Below are positions 48,238-57,898 of a stretch of DNA of 64,000 nucleotides, piece by piece; within the stretch, counting starts at the first letter, position 1; each line of letters opens with the position of its first letter. Source of the DNA: a virus (lineage: Duplodnaviria; Caudoviricetes); the IMG/VR virus record IMGVR_UViG_3300021387_000661, positions 64,001 through 128,000 of that record. The stretch is one strand, 5' to 3'. The notes under the pieces were generated by a model. It saw only the letters and a program-made list of their open reading frames with translations. It did no database searches and was not told the DNA's origin. The position numbers and the translations under genes were made by a program.

Positions 48238-50199
48238 ATGAAAGAGAAGAAACTATTGATAGTAGAACGCTCTAATGCTCCACTTAATTATTCAGTGGAA
48301 CAGGCATTGAATGAAAACAATGAACACAGCGATTCTATAGTATTAACTGGACTTTTCACATCATTCAATACTAAAAACCGTAACGGCAGAATTTATGAGT
48401 CTGCTGATTTCCTTCCACATGTTGAGGCATTGAGGGAACAGATTGAAAGTAAGAGACTTCTTGGTGAGTTGGATCATCCACATGGATTTGAAATCTCACT
48501 TGGTAATGTTTCTCATGTTGTTGAAAGTCTTGAATTTGACCCACAACAGAATGCTATTGTAGGTAAGATTAGACTCCTTAATACTACTGCTGGTAAGGAA
48601 GCACAGGCACTTGTAAGAGATGGTATTCCATTGAATATCTCATCAAGGGCTGCTGGTACTGTGGATGAATCTGGACATGTTAAACTCCAGCAGTTGTTTA
48701 CATATGACCTTGTTGCAGACCCTGGTTTTGCAAATGCACAGCTTAAGAGGGTTAATGAGTCATATGGATTTGGTGATGATGATAATATTGACATCTATGA
48801 TATTTCAGAAGATGCCAATACAGAGTTGGATCCACAGGTGACCAAGACTGCCGATTATGCAGAACCACAGGCACAGAAGAATGAAGATACATTAAAAAAT
48901 ACAAATATGGAAGACAATAATAATGAATTCATCCAATATGGTGATTTCCAGAAGTACAGTGAACATCTGTCAGAGATTGTCGGTGAACTCCAGTCTGCCA
49001 TTTCTAACATCAAGGATGAGTTAATTAGTTATAAGGAGAAGGGTGGTGAAACTCCTACCCAGACCTTTGATGCTGCTAATATTGATAATTCAATGATTGC
49101 AGACCTTGTTGCAAAAGAGGTTGCAAGGATTACCGGTGAAGGTGCTGCTGTTGTTGGCGGTACAGATGCAAAGGCAGATACTGCTGCTCTTGAATCAAAA
49201 TTAGCAGAGATTGAAGAGAAGTATAACAATCTTAAGGCATACACTAATTATCTTGCTGAAACTCTTGACAAGTCTATTATTCATCAGGATTATATTGCTG
49301 ATGAGGCAAACAAGGTTATTGAACATAACAATTATCTTGCTGAAAGTATGAATAAGATGATTGGTCATCAGGATTATCTTGCAGAGAAGATGAATCAGAT
49401 GATTGCACATCAGGATTATCTTGCTGAAAATATCAATGATACTATTTCTTATCAGAACTATGTGGCAGAAATGTTGGATAAGTCTATTGACTATTCAAAT
49501 ATGCTTGCTGAGGAACAGAACAAGAGTATTGCCCATAATGATTACCTTGCAGAGAAGATGAATCAGATGATTGAACATCAGGATTACATTGTTGAGGAAG
49601 TTAATAAGATTGGTGGTAATGTCCTTGAAGAGAACAAGACAGAAGACACAAAGTCAGAAGAAACTCCTGCTGAAAATGTTAATGAAAACAATGAAGTAAA
49701 GACAGAGGAAACTCCTGTTGAGGAAAACAAGACAGAAGATACAAAGTCAGAAGAAACTCCTGTTGAAAAGTTTGATACAAAGGCATACCAGACAGCACTT
49801 ACTGAAAAACTTGATGCTATCCTTGCTGCTGCAAAGGCACAGTATGCTGAAGCAAAGAGACTTGAGGAAGAGGCAATTAAGGAATCAAAGAAGAATGTTG
49901 ATACAAAGAACTTCACACTTATCAACTATATGCCTGAAAGACTCCAGGAAAGATGGTCAAAACTTTCTGATGAGAGAAAGCAGGAAATTCTTGCAGAGTC
50001 CAAAATGTTTGTAATTAGTAATGAAGCAAGTGCAGTTTATTTCTGGAACACACGTGATTTCAGAGACAAGCAGGTAGAACTTCAGAAGATTGATGAATCT
50101 GCTGTTGCACAACCAAATGCCATCAATGAAAATACTGTTTCTGAAGAAAGGCTCAATGCAATGAAAGAGCAGATTCAGAAAAGAATGAGGAGATGGTAA
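48238..50199 (+). CDS. gp21: Prohead core protease (T4 gp21-like) fused to a scaffold/core domain
   Basis: KNRNGRIYE, LGELDHP, VSHVV, ISSRAAG and TYDLVADPGF motifs; long acidic coiled-coil C-terminus; ATG 48238 preferred over TTG 48232. Confidence 0.9.
   Translation: MKEKKLLIVERSNAPLNYSVEQALNENNEHSDSIVLTGLFTSFNTKNRNGRIYESADFLPHVEALREQIESKRLLGELDHPHGFEISLGNVSHVVESLEFDPQQNAIVGKIRLLNTTAGKEAQALVRDGIPLNISSRAAGTVDESGHVKLQQLFTYDLVADPGFANAQLKRVNESYGFGDDDNIDIYDISEDANTELDPQVTKTADYAEPQAQKNEDTLKNTNMEDNNNEFIQYGDFQKYSEHLSEIVGELQSAISNIKDELISYKEKGGETPTQTFDAANIDNSMIADLVAKEVARITGEGAAVVGGTDAKADTAALESKLAEIEEKYNNLKAYTNYLAETLDKSIIHQDYIADEANKVIEHNNYLAESMNKMIGHQDYLAEKMNQMIAHQDYLAENINDTISYQNYVAEMLDKSIDYSNMLAEEQNKSIAHNDYLAEKMNQMIEHQDYIVEEVNKIGGNVLEENKTEDTKSEETPAENVNENNEVKTEETPVEENKTEDTKSEETPVEKFDTKAYQTALTEKLDAILAAAKAQYAEAKRLEEEAIKESKKNVDTKNFTLINYMPERLQERWSKLSDERKQEILAESKMFVISNEASAVYFWNTRDFRDKQVELQKIDESAVAQPNAINENTVSEERLNAMKEQIQKRMRRW
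49240..49600 (+). repeat. 14-aa tandem repeats (..HQDYLAE..) in the scaffold region
   Basis: About nine periodic Y(L/I/V)AE-type units in the translation. Confidence 0.8.
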
Positions 50200-50206
50200 T
50201 ATTTTT

Positions 50207-50250
50207 TCCGGATGGGTGGAGTAACATCCACTCATCTGGACCCCCTTTTT
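50207..50250 (+). terminator. Long GC-rich hairpin (terminator or RNA element) after the protease/scaffold gene
   Basis: tccggatgggtgga/tccactcatctgga 14-bp stem with G-U pairs, then ccccc ttttt. Confidence 0.55.
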
Positions 50251-50279
50251 ATACAAACTAAAGCATATAACAAGAAACA

Positions 50280-50750
50280 ATGTCAGACATACTTCTACAA
50301 TTATTGGGTTATTTAGGAACTTTTGTAGGTGGTGGTGGTCTAGTTGGTATTTTCTATTACAAACTAAATAAAAGACTTAAGGCTGCTGAAGTAAAAGCTG
50401 CTGAAAGTGATGTGAAAACAAAAGAGATTGCAAATCTTTCTGCATCAAATGAAGAGTGGATAAAATTATATCATACTTGTAATGATGAGAAGACAAAACT
50501 TGAGGAAGCTCTTGCAAATATGACAGATAAGTTTGATGAAGCCTACAAGATGAAAGATGCTGCAATGGACAGATATAGTGATTGCAGGTCAGAGTGTAAT
50601 AAAAAGGATATGGTCATTGCTGAACTCAACTGGTATAGGTGTGAAGTAAATGGATGTCCTTATAGAAGACCACCTAGAAAGTTTGGTGAAATGGATTTTC
50701 CAAAGGATGCAATTGATCCAACACAACATCCAGATCCGGAATATCTTTAA
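50280..50750 (+). CDS. Holin-like membrane protein (N-terminal TM helix + coiled coil + CxxxC tail)
   Basis: LLGYLGTFVGGGGLVGIFYY, coiled coil, WYRCEVNGCPYRRPP. Confidence 0.5.
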   Translation: MSDILLQLLGYLGTFVGGGGLVGIFYYKLNKRLKAAEVKAAESDVKTKEIANLSASNEEWIKLYHTCNDEKTKLEEALANMTDKFDEAYKMKDAAMDRYSDCRSECNKKDMVIAELNWYRCEVNGCPYRRPPRKFGEMDFPKDAIDPTQHPDPEYL

Positions 50751-50933
50751 TAATAAATATTCTATGTAGAGGGTGATACCTCTTCATAGAGCCAAAAAAA
50801 TCAAAAATTGATTTACATAAATATAGTATAACACAACAATATGAAGAGAATCTAAAAAAAGATAATAGAAGCAAAGATCTATTTTTAGGTTGATTCAATA
50901 AATAAAAATACAAAAAAAATCAAAACTAAAATT

Positions 50934-52661
50934 ATGTTACAGAATGTTATTTTGAACGAGGCTGAAGTTTTGAAAACTTGGTCAGGTTTTATTACTGAGT
51001 CAACTGGCGTTACTGATCGTGCTAAATTGACTTGGATGTCAAAGTACTGTGCTTATCATGATATGAATGAGAAGCAGAGTCTTAATGAGAGTGCTCTTGG
51101 TTATGCACATCTCAATCCTAATATGAATGTTGGTGGTATGGGTGCTGCTTACTTCCCAGGTGCAAATCCTAACAATGGTTATGATGGTGTACGTGGTTCA
51201 GGTGATAACCCATTCTCACTCCTTCCTCTTGCAGTTCAGGTCGCAGCTCAGACAATCGCTCTTGACCTTGTTCCTGTAGTTCCTATGCAGGGTCCTCTTG
51301 GCATCCTCCAGTATATGGACTATGTATACGAAGGTGGTAAGACTAACTTCCGTCCTCGTTTCGAGGGTGCAGATGAGTCAAAAACTGCTCCTCTTATGGT
51401 TAAGTTGACTCTTTCAAAGGGTGACGCTAATTCAGACAGTGATGTTGAGAATGCTCTCAAGTCAGATGCTGCTCTTATAAATGAAGATGCTATTGCACAT
51501 GCAGCAAGTTTCAAGGAACTCCGTGAGGATTTCAAGCCTCATATGGCTCCTATTACTATCGGTGACTTTGAGCTCATCTTTGTTGCTCTTGGTCGTATTG
51601 ATGGTCGTCCTATCTTCCAGGTAAAGGAGAAGTCATATTTTGGTGGTAATCCTCTTAATGGTGGTGAAGGTGCTGGTGCTACTCTTGCTGAAACTCTTCT
51701 TACAGATGAGAAGGTTATCCTTGACAAGTACTATGTAGTTGACATTGACACTGTAAAGGCTCTTGAGGACTTCATCCCTGGTTTTACTGGTGCTGGTTTC
51801 AAGAATGGTGATCCTATGTCTGCACAGTCATATGACAGAGAGACTGGTGAATCAACTCCTTCAAACATTATGTCACTCAACACCTTCACATTGAGTGTGA
51901 AGGCTAAGACCATCCAGGTTAAGGGTGCTATCACTCGTGAGCAGATCCAGGATCTTAAGGCTTATGGTATTGATGCAGTTGCTCAGGTAGAAGCAGAGCT
52001 TGTAAATGAGTTGACACAGCATATCAACCGTGAAATCCTTAATGAGATCTTCGCACTTGGTGATCAGAACCATGTTGAAGCAGAGGCATTTGAGGGTATC
52101 AACCTTAATACCTACTTTGTTGTAGATCCTGCTGATGCTGATGTTGAGGGTTATGTTAAGTCATATGTTGGTGGTGGTGCTGAAACCCTTGGCACAATCC
52201 AGAGAAGAATTATGAGTAAGGTTCTTGCTGCTTCCAACCTCATCGCACAGAGAGGTCGTAGAGGTGCTGGTACATTTGCAGTATGCTCAGCAGCTATTGC
52301 AACAGCTCTTCAGGATTGCGCTGGTTTCACCGCTTATCCACTTTCAAATACAATCAACCAGAATGCTGGTTCTCTCTACCCAGTAGGTGCAATTTCAGGT
52401 GTATCTATCTATGTAGATCCTAACCTCCCTTGGAGTGCAACTAAGATAGTTGTTGGTAGAAAGGGTAAGGACAATGAGCCTGGTCTTGTGTTCATGCCTT
52501 ACTTGATGGCTGACAAACTCTCATATCCTGCAGAGGGTATGGAAGGTGCTCCTGTTACTTCATTGAAGTCAAGATATGCTCTTGTTCGTGCAGGTCATCA
52601 TCCACAGTTGTACTACTACTCATTTGACATCAAACTTGGTAATGGTGTAAGTCTTTATTAA
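50934..52661 (+). CDS. gp23: Major capsid protein (T4 gp23-like)
   Basis: AQTIALDLVPVVPMQGP, TREQIQDLK, ELTQHINREIL, RRGAG, GLVFMPY, LKSRYAL; high-expression codon bias; CATAAATA at 50816. Confidence 0.95.
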   Translation: MLQNVILNEAEVLKTWSGFITESTGVTDRAKLTWMSKYCAYHDMNEKQSLNESALGYAHLNPNMNVGGMGAAYFPGANPNNGYDGVRGSGDNPFSLLPLAVQVAAQTIALDLVPVVPMQGPLGILQYMDYVYEGGKTNFRPRFEGADESKTAPLMVKLTLSKGDANSDSDVENALKSDAALINEDAIAHAASFKELREDFKPHMAPITIGDFELIFVALGRIDGRPIFQVKEKSYFGGNPLNGGEGAGATLAETLLTDEKVILDKYYVVDIDTVKALEDFIPGFTGAGFKNGDPMSAQSYDRETGESTPSNIMSLNTFTLSVKAKTIQVKGAITREQIQDLKAYGIDAVAQVEAELVNELTQHINREILNEIFALGDQNHVEAEAFEGINLNTYFVVDPADADVEGYVKSYVGGGAETLGTIQRRIMSKVLAASNLIAQRGRRGAGTFAVCSAAIATALQDCAGFTAYPLSNTINQNAGSLYPVGAISGVSIYVDPNLPWSATKIVVGRKGKDNEPGLVFMPYLMADKLSYPAEGMEGAPVTSLKSRYALVRAGHHPQLYYYSFDIKLGNGVSLY

Positions 52662-52687
52662 TTGATAATCAAGTGATTAATAGTCAC

Positions 52688-52724
52688 AAAAAAGAGAGAA
52701 ATTGAAAAATTTCTCTCTTTTTTT
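52688..52724 (+). terminator. Intrinsic terminator after the major capsid gene
   Basis: aaaagagagaaatt/aatttctctcttttt. Confidence 0.7.
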
Positions 52725-52776
52725 GTTATATTTATATAGGATGACATCCACAGCAAAAAATATTTTTATAACATTT

Positions 52777-54483
52777 ATGGAGAAAATTGAGTTATTTAAG
52801 TATTTACAATCTATTGAAGATAAATCTGGTGGATTTAAGAAACCAGATTCTATCAAGAAGAATTACCCAGAAATTTATGATGAACTTGAGAGAGTAGATT
52901 TCCCAAAAGAATATACATTTATCCAGAAATTGTGGCATTTCTTACAAGATGATTATACAATTCATAGATGTAAATGTGGAAATCCGGTTCATTTTATAGA
53001 TTTCAAAAAAGGTTATAGACAATATTGTTCTAAAACTTGTCCAAGTGTTGTTGAGTATAATAAATCAACAATACAGAATGCACAAGTTGTTTCCAGAAGA
53101 AAGGAATCCAGGGATAAAGCTGTTAATACTACAAAGAAAAAACATAATGGAAACTTTTGGTCTGATGAACAGTTACACAGAATTCAAGAAAATATTGTAA
53201 ATAATAGGAAAGTAATAAATGAGAAGAATAAAGTTAAAATCAAGGAATATATAAAAGAGTTCAAAGAATTATCTGGAAAAGGAATTTCTGGTTGTTCTTC
53301 AAGAGTTGAGATTGATTTTTATAAGTATTTAATCAACACTTTTGGTTTTGATAATGTAGATCCCCAACATTATGATGATACTTATCCATATTCTTGTGAT
53401 TTCTTCATTCCTGGACTCAATCTTTATATAGAAATCCAAGGTAGTTGGACACATGGGAAGCATCCATTTGATACTAATAATTCCAAGGATGTAGAAAAAC
53501 TCAATTACTGGAAAAGTAAGGATAATGAGTATTACAATAATGCAATCTATACCTGGACAGATTTAGATGTCAGGAAGAGAGTGTGTGCAAAAGACAATCA
53601 TCTTAATTATCTTGAAATCTTCTCTAATAAAATAGATGATTGTATTAATATATTTGAAAATTACCTTACTGAAAAGATTGTTGATTATTGTCTGACTCAA
53701 GATCTTCCAGGGAATGGTAAATGGCCTGCAAATCATCCTATTTGGGATTGTTATGTTGGTAAGAATATTTCTCCAAGGGATGCTTGGTATAAGAGAGATT
53801 ATTTGACTAAGGCAGTTAAGAATATCTTCTATATGTTACCAAAAGATGAAAAATTCAGAATCAAGCATATCTATGAATTATTGAACTGTAAGATGGAAGA
53901 TGGAAAAATTATCAATTCAACACAGAAATTTCTTCAACAGATACAGGATAGGTTTACTATTGCCAAGATCGCCCCAAAGGTGACAGCAATTTCTGAATAC
54001 AGTGTAAAGAAAATTATAGATGAATCAGGTATTGATATTACCAGGGGTGTATATGTACCAATGTCTGGATTTGGTGGGATTATAGATGGTGTCAAATTGT
54101 GGGGAAAGGAACATAATAAAGAAGTTGAATGTGAATGTTATGACATCAATCAGAGGTTATGTGACTGGTATGGATGGAAACAGAGGGATATGTTGGCGCA
54201 AAAGGTGACCACTGACAAAGTGTGTATCTGTTGTCCTCCTTTTGGTGAGAAATATGAACACTGGAAAGGAACACCAAGGGAGATGAGTGATATTGATTTC
54301 AAGGAGTGGTATAAATTGATAAAGGAATATGTCATTGCTCCGGAGTATATTATAATCGGTCCTGAAGTTGACAAGACAGGAACTGGAAGTAACAAGGGAT
54401 TGGATACTGGTGGTAAGAAACAATCAGGATTATTCACAAAAACTGTTGGAATTATGATGTGGACTGATGATATGGTGTATTAA
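52777..54483 (+). CDS. Homing-endonuclease-like protein fused to a DNA methyltransferase-like domain
   Basis: Shared N-terminal module, YSCDFFIPGLNLYIEIQGSWTHG nuclease, then VYVPMSGFGG (motif I-like) and CCPPF (motif IV-like); ATG 52777 preferred. Confidence 0.6.
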   Translation: MEKIELFKYLQSIEDKSGGFKKPDSIKKNYPEIYDELERVDFPKEYTFIQKLWHFLQDDYTIHRCKCGNPVHFIDFKKGYRQYCSKTCPSVVEYNKSTIQNAQVVSRRKESRDKAVNTTKKKHNGNFWSDEQLHRIQENIVNNRKVINEKNKVKIKEYIKEFKELSGKGISGCSSRVEIDFYKYLINTFGFDNVDPQHYDDTYPYSCDFFIPGLNLYIEIQGSWTHGKHPFDTNNSKDVEKLNYWKSKDNEYYNNAIYTWTDLDVRKRVCAKDNHLNYLEIFSNKIDDCINIFENYLTEKIVDYCLTQDLPGNGKWPANHPIWDCYVGKNISPRDAWYKRDYLTKAVKNIFYMLPKDEKFRIKHIYELLNCKMEDGKIINSTQKFLQQIQDRFTIAKIAPKVTAISEYSVKKIIDESGIDITRGVYVPMSGFGGIIDGVKLWGKEHNKEVECECYDINQRLCDWYGWKQRDMLAQKVTTDKVCICCPPFGEKYEHWKGTPREMSDIDFKEWYKLIKEYVIAPEYIIIGPEVDKTGTGSNKGLDTGGKKQSGLFTKTVGIMMWTDDMVY

Positions 54484-54524
54484 TTTGTTATATTTTATTT
54501 GGTATATAGAAAATAGATAATATT

Positions 54525-55286
54525 ATGAATGAAAGACCAATTGTATTTTTTGATCTGGAGACTACAGGTAAGTCACAGAATCCAGATAATGTGAGGATTA
54601 TTGAGATATCTGCCATAAAGGTAGATGCAAACACATTGGATGTGATTGATAGCCTATATTTCAAATGTAACAATGGTGATGTTCCTATTGACCCAGATGC
54701 AACAGAGAGGCATGGAATGACAGAGGCAGACTTGGTTGGTTGTCCTACTTTCCAGGAGTGTGCAAAGGTAACATTTGATTTCTTCCAGGGTTGTGATGTG
54801 GGAGGTTATTATTGTTCTGTGTTTGATATACCTATTCTTTATTATTCATTCATCAGGGCTGGATTGACTTGGGATTATAAGACCTTGAAGAATTATGATA
54901 TCTATACCCTTTATAGGAAGTTCAATTCAGGTAAGCTTGCTGATGTATATATGAAATATACAGGTAAGGATTTGACCAATGCTCACCAGGCATCTGCTGA
55001 TGTTGATGCAACCCTTGAAGTATATAAGGAGATGAGGAAGAGAAATGAAGAGTTTGAGGATGTGGATCTTGATTATTTCAATGACAGATTGGATTTACCT
55101 GGAAATTTCAAGATTAGGATTTTGGAATCTGGTGTCAAGGAGATTTATGTTGATTTTGGTAAATGGAAAGGAAGCAGTATTGACAAGGTAGATAAATCCT
55201 ATTTCAAATGGATGATGGAGTCAGATATCTTCCCTGTTGATACCAGACATTATGCAAAGCTGATTTATGAAAGGAAAGGTAATTAA
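54525..55286 (+). CDS. DnaQ-like DEDDh 3'-5' exonuclease
   Basis: FFDLETTG, FDIPIL and AHQASADV; C-terminal FGKWKG..YFKWM module. Confidence 0.88.
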   Translation: MNERPIVFFDLETTGKSQNPDNVRIIEISAIKVDANTLDVIDSLYFKCNNGDVPIDPDATERHGMTEADLVGCPTFQECAKVTFDFFQGCDVGGYYCSVFDIPILYYSFIRAGLTWDYKTLKNYDIYTLYRKFNSGKLADVYMKYTGKDLTNAHQASADVDATLEVYKEMRKRNEEFEDVDLDYFNDRLDLPGNFKIRILESGVKEIYVDFGKWKGSSIDKVDKSYFKWMMESDIFPVDTRHYAKLIYERKGN

Positions 55287-55488
55287 GACAGTCTATTTAA
55301 AATTGAATTCCTGGGGAAGTATTGTGGATGATGATAAGTTATTTTATGATAATCTACCTTTCAGGATGTATTTCTGTAATAGGAAATCCAGAAGATTTGA
55401 TACAAAGGAACAACTATATAAGTTCTTCAGACAACCAGTTGATGATAGTTATCCATTGTATATAGATATATTAGAAAAGGAGAGGTAA
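55267..55488 (+). CDS. Small hypothetical protein
   Basis: 73-aa ORF overlapping the exonuclease end and followed by a terminator hairpin (55475-55503). Confidence 0.5.
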   Translation: MKGKVIKTVYLKLNSWGSIVDDDKLFYDNLPFRMYFCNRKSRRFDTKEQLYKFFRQPVDDSYPLYIDILEKER

Positions 55489-55521
55489 TCACCTCTCCTT
55501 TTTGTGTGTTTTATTGTTTGT

Positions 55522-57063
55522 TTAGTCAGCGACAACTTCAAATACAGGAACACCATCTTCTTCAGTTTCAACAACATGGTATCCCTTTGCTACATAACTT
55601 ACGGGACCATTTGGTTCACCATAGGTTTCTGCTGGGTTAAAGTTGTAGAACTTACCACCATAGACATTGATTTTTGCTGTTCCTGCTGTATAGTTTGCAT
55701 CATAACAGTTCAAAAGGAATTTGCAGTGACCCTTTGAATCAAGTTCTGGATTCTCATCAAGAAGTTTGAATGAACCACCATAGACATTGATTGTACCCTT
55801 TTCAGAATATAATACATGTGTGTAAGCTTCAACATCACAGTTGTAGATATTGACTGTTGTGTTTTCAGAATTTGTCCAGATACCATATATACCGCTTGAT
55901 TCAACAATCTTACCTGGACCATAGATATTTATCTTTGGATTAGTGCCTCTGAAATACATTGCAGCAAAATTACCACCCTTCAATGAAACAGTGTGATCAT
56001 TTAAGTTGTATCTGTATGTACCATTAGCAAAGAGACCAAAAGCAACCCTACTTGTACTTACCACATCTTCAACTACATTTGAAACACCATTCTTTGAGAA
56101 TCCTGATATTGATGCATTTGAGATTTCATAAGTGACAGGAATTAATACATTTTCATCTTCAACTACCAATTCATCTACAAGATCATGAATGTCTGCTGCA
56201 GCATAGGAGATGTTACCCTTTCTTACAACAAGTTTCTTTGCATGGAATGCACCAGAAATCTCCAATGTGTTTTCTGCGCAAGATATGGTCAATGTATCAT
56301 ACTGACCACCACTCATAACAACTGTTGCATTTGGAGTATTGATGTTTACTGATGGTTCATTTGCTGAATTAGTATTGGATATTGTAATCCTACCTTCTGC
56401 ATCTGAAATAAGTGTTGAGTTGTCTTGCCAGGAAGCGCCAACACTCATAGAAGCAGTATCATCAACAGGGTCTAATACAATTGTTCCATTGACAGGCGCA
56501 GATACTGTAAGTTTATTTGTCTCTGCATAGATGTCATTAAATCCTGCATCACCCTTGAGCGTGAAGGATGCTGACCTATCTGTATTGGATACTGTAATGT
56601 CAATGGGTTCTTCACCTGTATTATTGACTGTTACATACTTTGGACTCTCATTACTGAAAGTTGCACCATTCTGAACCGGACCGTTCACTGTGACTGATTT
56701 TGGTGCAGATGCAGGGATGGTAACATTATTAATCACCTCATATTCACCGGCTGTATATGCATTACCGGCTGCTATGGCATTGGCGATACTCTCTGATGTC
56801 AAATCCTGTTCTTCAGTATTTTCAATTTCTACTGGTTTTGCTGGGAGTATTGAAACATTTTCCACCTCATTTACAGTATGAATAGAATATAAGATTTTCC
56901 TATAATTGTCATATTGTTCTTGAGTATAAGTAAGATAAGGAGTAATATCTTCTGGTTCAGATCCATATTTTGCAATATACTTCTTAATCTCTTGTCTTGC
57001 ATTTATCCTCTTCAAACGTTCAATTTGTTGAGGAGTAAGATCAAATTTATCAAAAGAAATCAT
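55522..57063 (-). CDS. Putative virion surface / beta-helix-like protein
   Basis: Repeated IN(V/I)YGG.F units, V/N/S/T-rich; late promoter at 57091-57098. Confidence 0.55.
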   Translation of the reverse strand: MISFDKFDLTPQQIERLKRINARQEIKKYIAKYGSEPEDITPYLTYTQEQYDNYRKILYSIHTVNEVENVSILPAKPVEIENTEEQDLTSESIANAIAAGNAYTAGEYEVINNVTIPASAPKSVTVNGPVQNGATFSNESPKYVTVNNTGEEPIDITVSNTDRSASFTLKGDAGFNDIYAETNKLTVSAPVNGTIVLDPVDDTASMSVGASWQDNSTLISDAEGRITISNTNSANEPSVNINTPNATVVMSGGQYDTLTISCAENTLEISGAFHAKKLVVRKGNISYAAADIHDLVDELVVEDENVLIPVTYEISNASISGFSKNGVSNVVEDVVSTSRVAFGLFANGTYRYNLNDHTVSLKGGNFAAMYFRGTNPKINIYGPGKIVESSGIYGIWTNSENTTVNIYNCDVEAYTHVLYSEKGTINVYGGSFKLLDENPELDSKGHCKFLLNCYDANYTAGTAKINVYGGKFYNFNPAETYGEPNGPVSYVAKGYHVVETEEDGVPVFEVVAD

Positions 57064-57124
57064 ATTAGTTTTATTTGTTTGTTTATACCATATTTATGAA
57101 AAAGGGAGAGAAAATCTCTTCCTT

Positions 57125-57328
57125 TTAAATCATTGTACCATGCTGTCCAGTTGTTTCCGGATCAGATTGAACTCTGTTTCTTTTGACTCTTTTCATTGCC
57201 TGTTTTTCCTTTATCTCATAGAATTTTTTTGTGTTTTCTATGGTATATAAAGAATCCCATTTGTGTTCTGAAGCCAAAAACCTTGAATCATATTCAAAGT
57301 TTTCTAAATCTTTTCTAAAACTTCCCAT
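57125..57328 (-). CDS. Small hypothetical protein
   Basis: In-frame ATG at 57328 just after the stop of the YkuK-like gene. Confidence 0.45.
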   Translation of the reverse strand: MGSFRKDLENFEYDSRFLASEHKWDSLYTIENTKKFYEIKEKQAMKRVKRNRVQSDPETTGQHGTMI

Positions 57329-57345
57329 AGTTGTTATGTTATTAT

Positions 57346-57831
57346 TTATCTCTTTACTATCCAGTCTGCAAAAGATGTGATAAGAGGACCCAATGTCTTC
57401 CACCTACATTCAAACCCTTCTGCTTCAATCCAACCCTTGGAAGCATCAAATGCCTGATTGGATCCAGTCCCTTTCTTGGGATTGATGTCAATGTCAACAA
57501 ACTCTATCTTAATGCCAGCATCTCTTAACTTCTTTGCAGTATTAATACTTTCTTCAGTTTCCTTCATCAGTCTGTCAAGTCTTTGTTCCTTCTTGTATCT
57601 TGGAACTGACCAGCGTCTATAAACACAGTGAGCACCATGCCCCTGAATACCATCACCATGGTCATACATTGCCACCACTGTTGAAAATTTTGTTTTTCCA
57701 CCTTCTGTTTGAGAATCTGTACCAACCATCACATCAATGTTAGGATGTGTATCTATATAATTCTTTACATATTCTTCAAGATTTGGTATGTTCTCTCCTG
57801 AACTCTTTCTGAAATCTACAATTTCAATCAT
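57346..57831 (-). CDS. RNase H-like YkuK/DUF458 family protein
   Basis: VMVGTDSQ, GHGAH, RLMKETEESI, DIDIN and ADWIV motifs. Confidence 0.8.
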   Translation of the reverse strand: MIEIVDFRKSSGENIPNLEEYVKNYIDTHPNIDVMVGTDSQTEGGKTKFSTVVAMYDHGDGIQGHGAHCVYRRWSVPRYKKEQRLDRLMKETEESINTAKKLRDAGIKIEFVDIDINPKKGTGSNQAFDASKGWIEAEGFECRWKTLGPLITSFADWIVKR

Positions 57832-57898
57832 TTTACTTAACTTTAATAATAAACTACCTATATTTCATTTTTATCCATATATAAATATACCAAAAAAA

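Noticed and set aside
7974-52776. Upstream GTG/TTG starts given by the ORF track (7974, 18465, 20982, 48232, 52702)
   Set aside because: The extensions mostly overlap promoters, hairpins or the previous gene; downstream ATGs (8013, 18549, 20958, 48238, 52777) fit better.
4321-54483. Nuclease genes as group I intron or intein inserts
   Set aside because: Flanking genes (metK, uvsX, sheath, capsid, helicase) look complete and uninterrupted, and the nucleases have their own promoter motifs.
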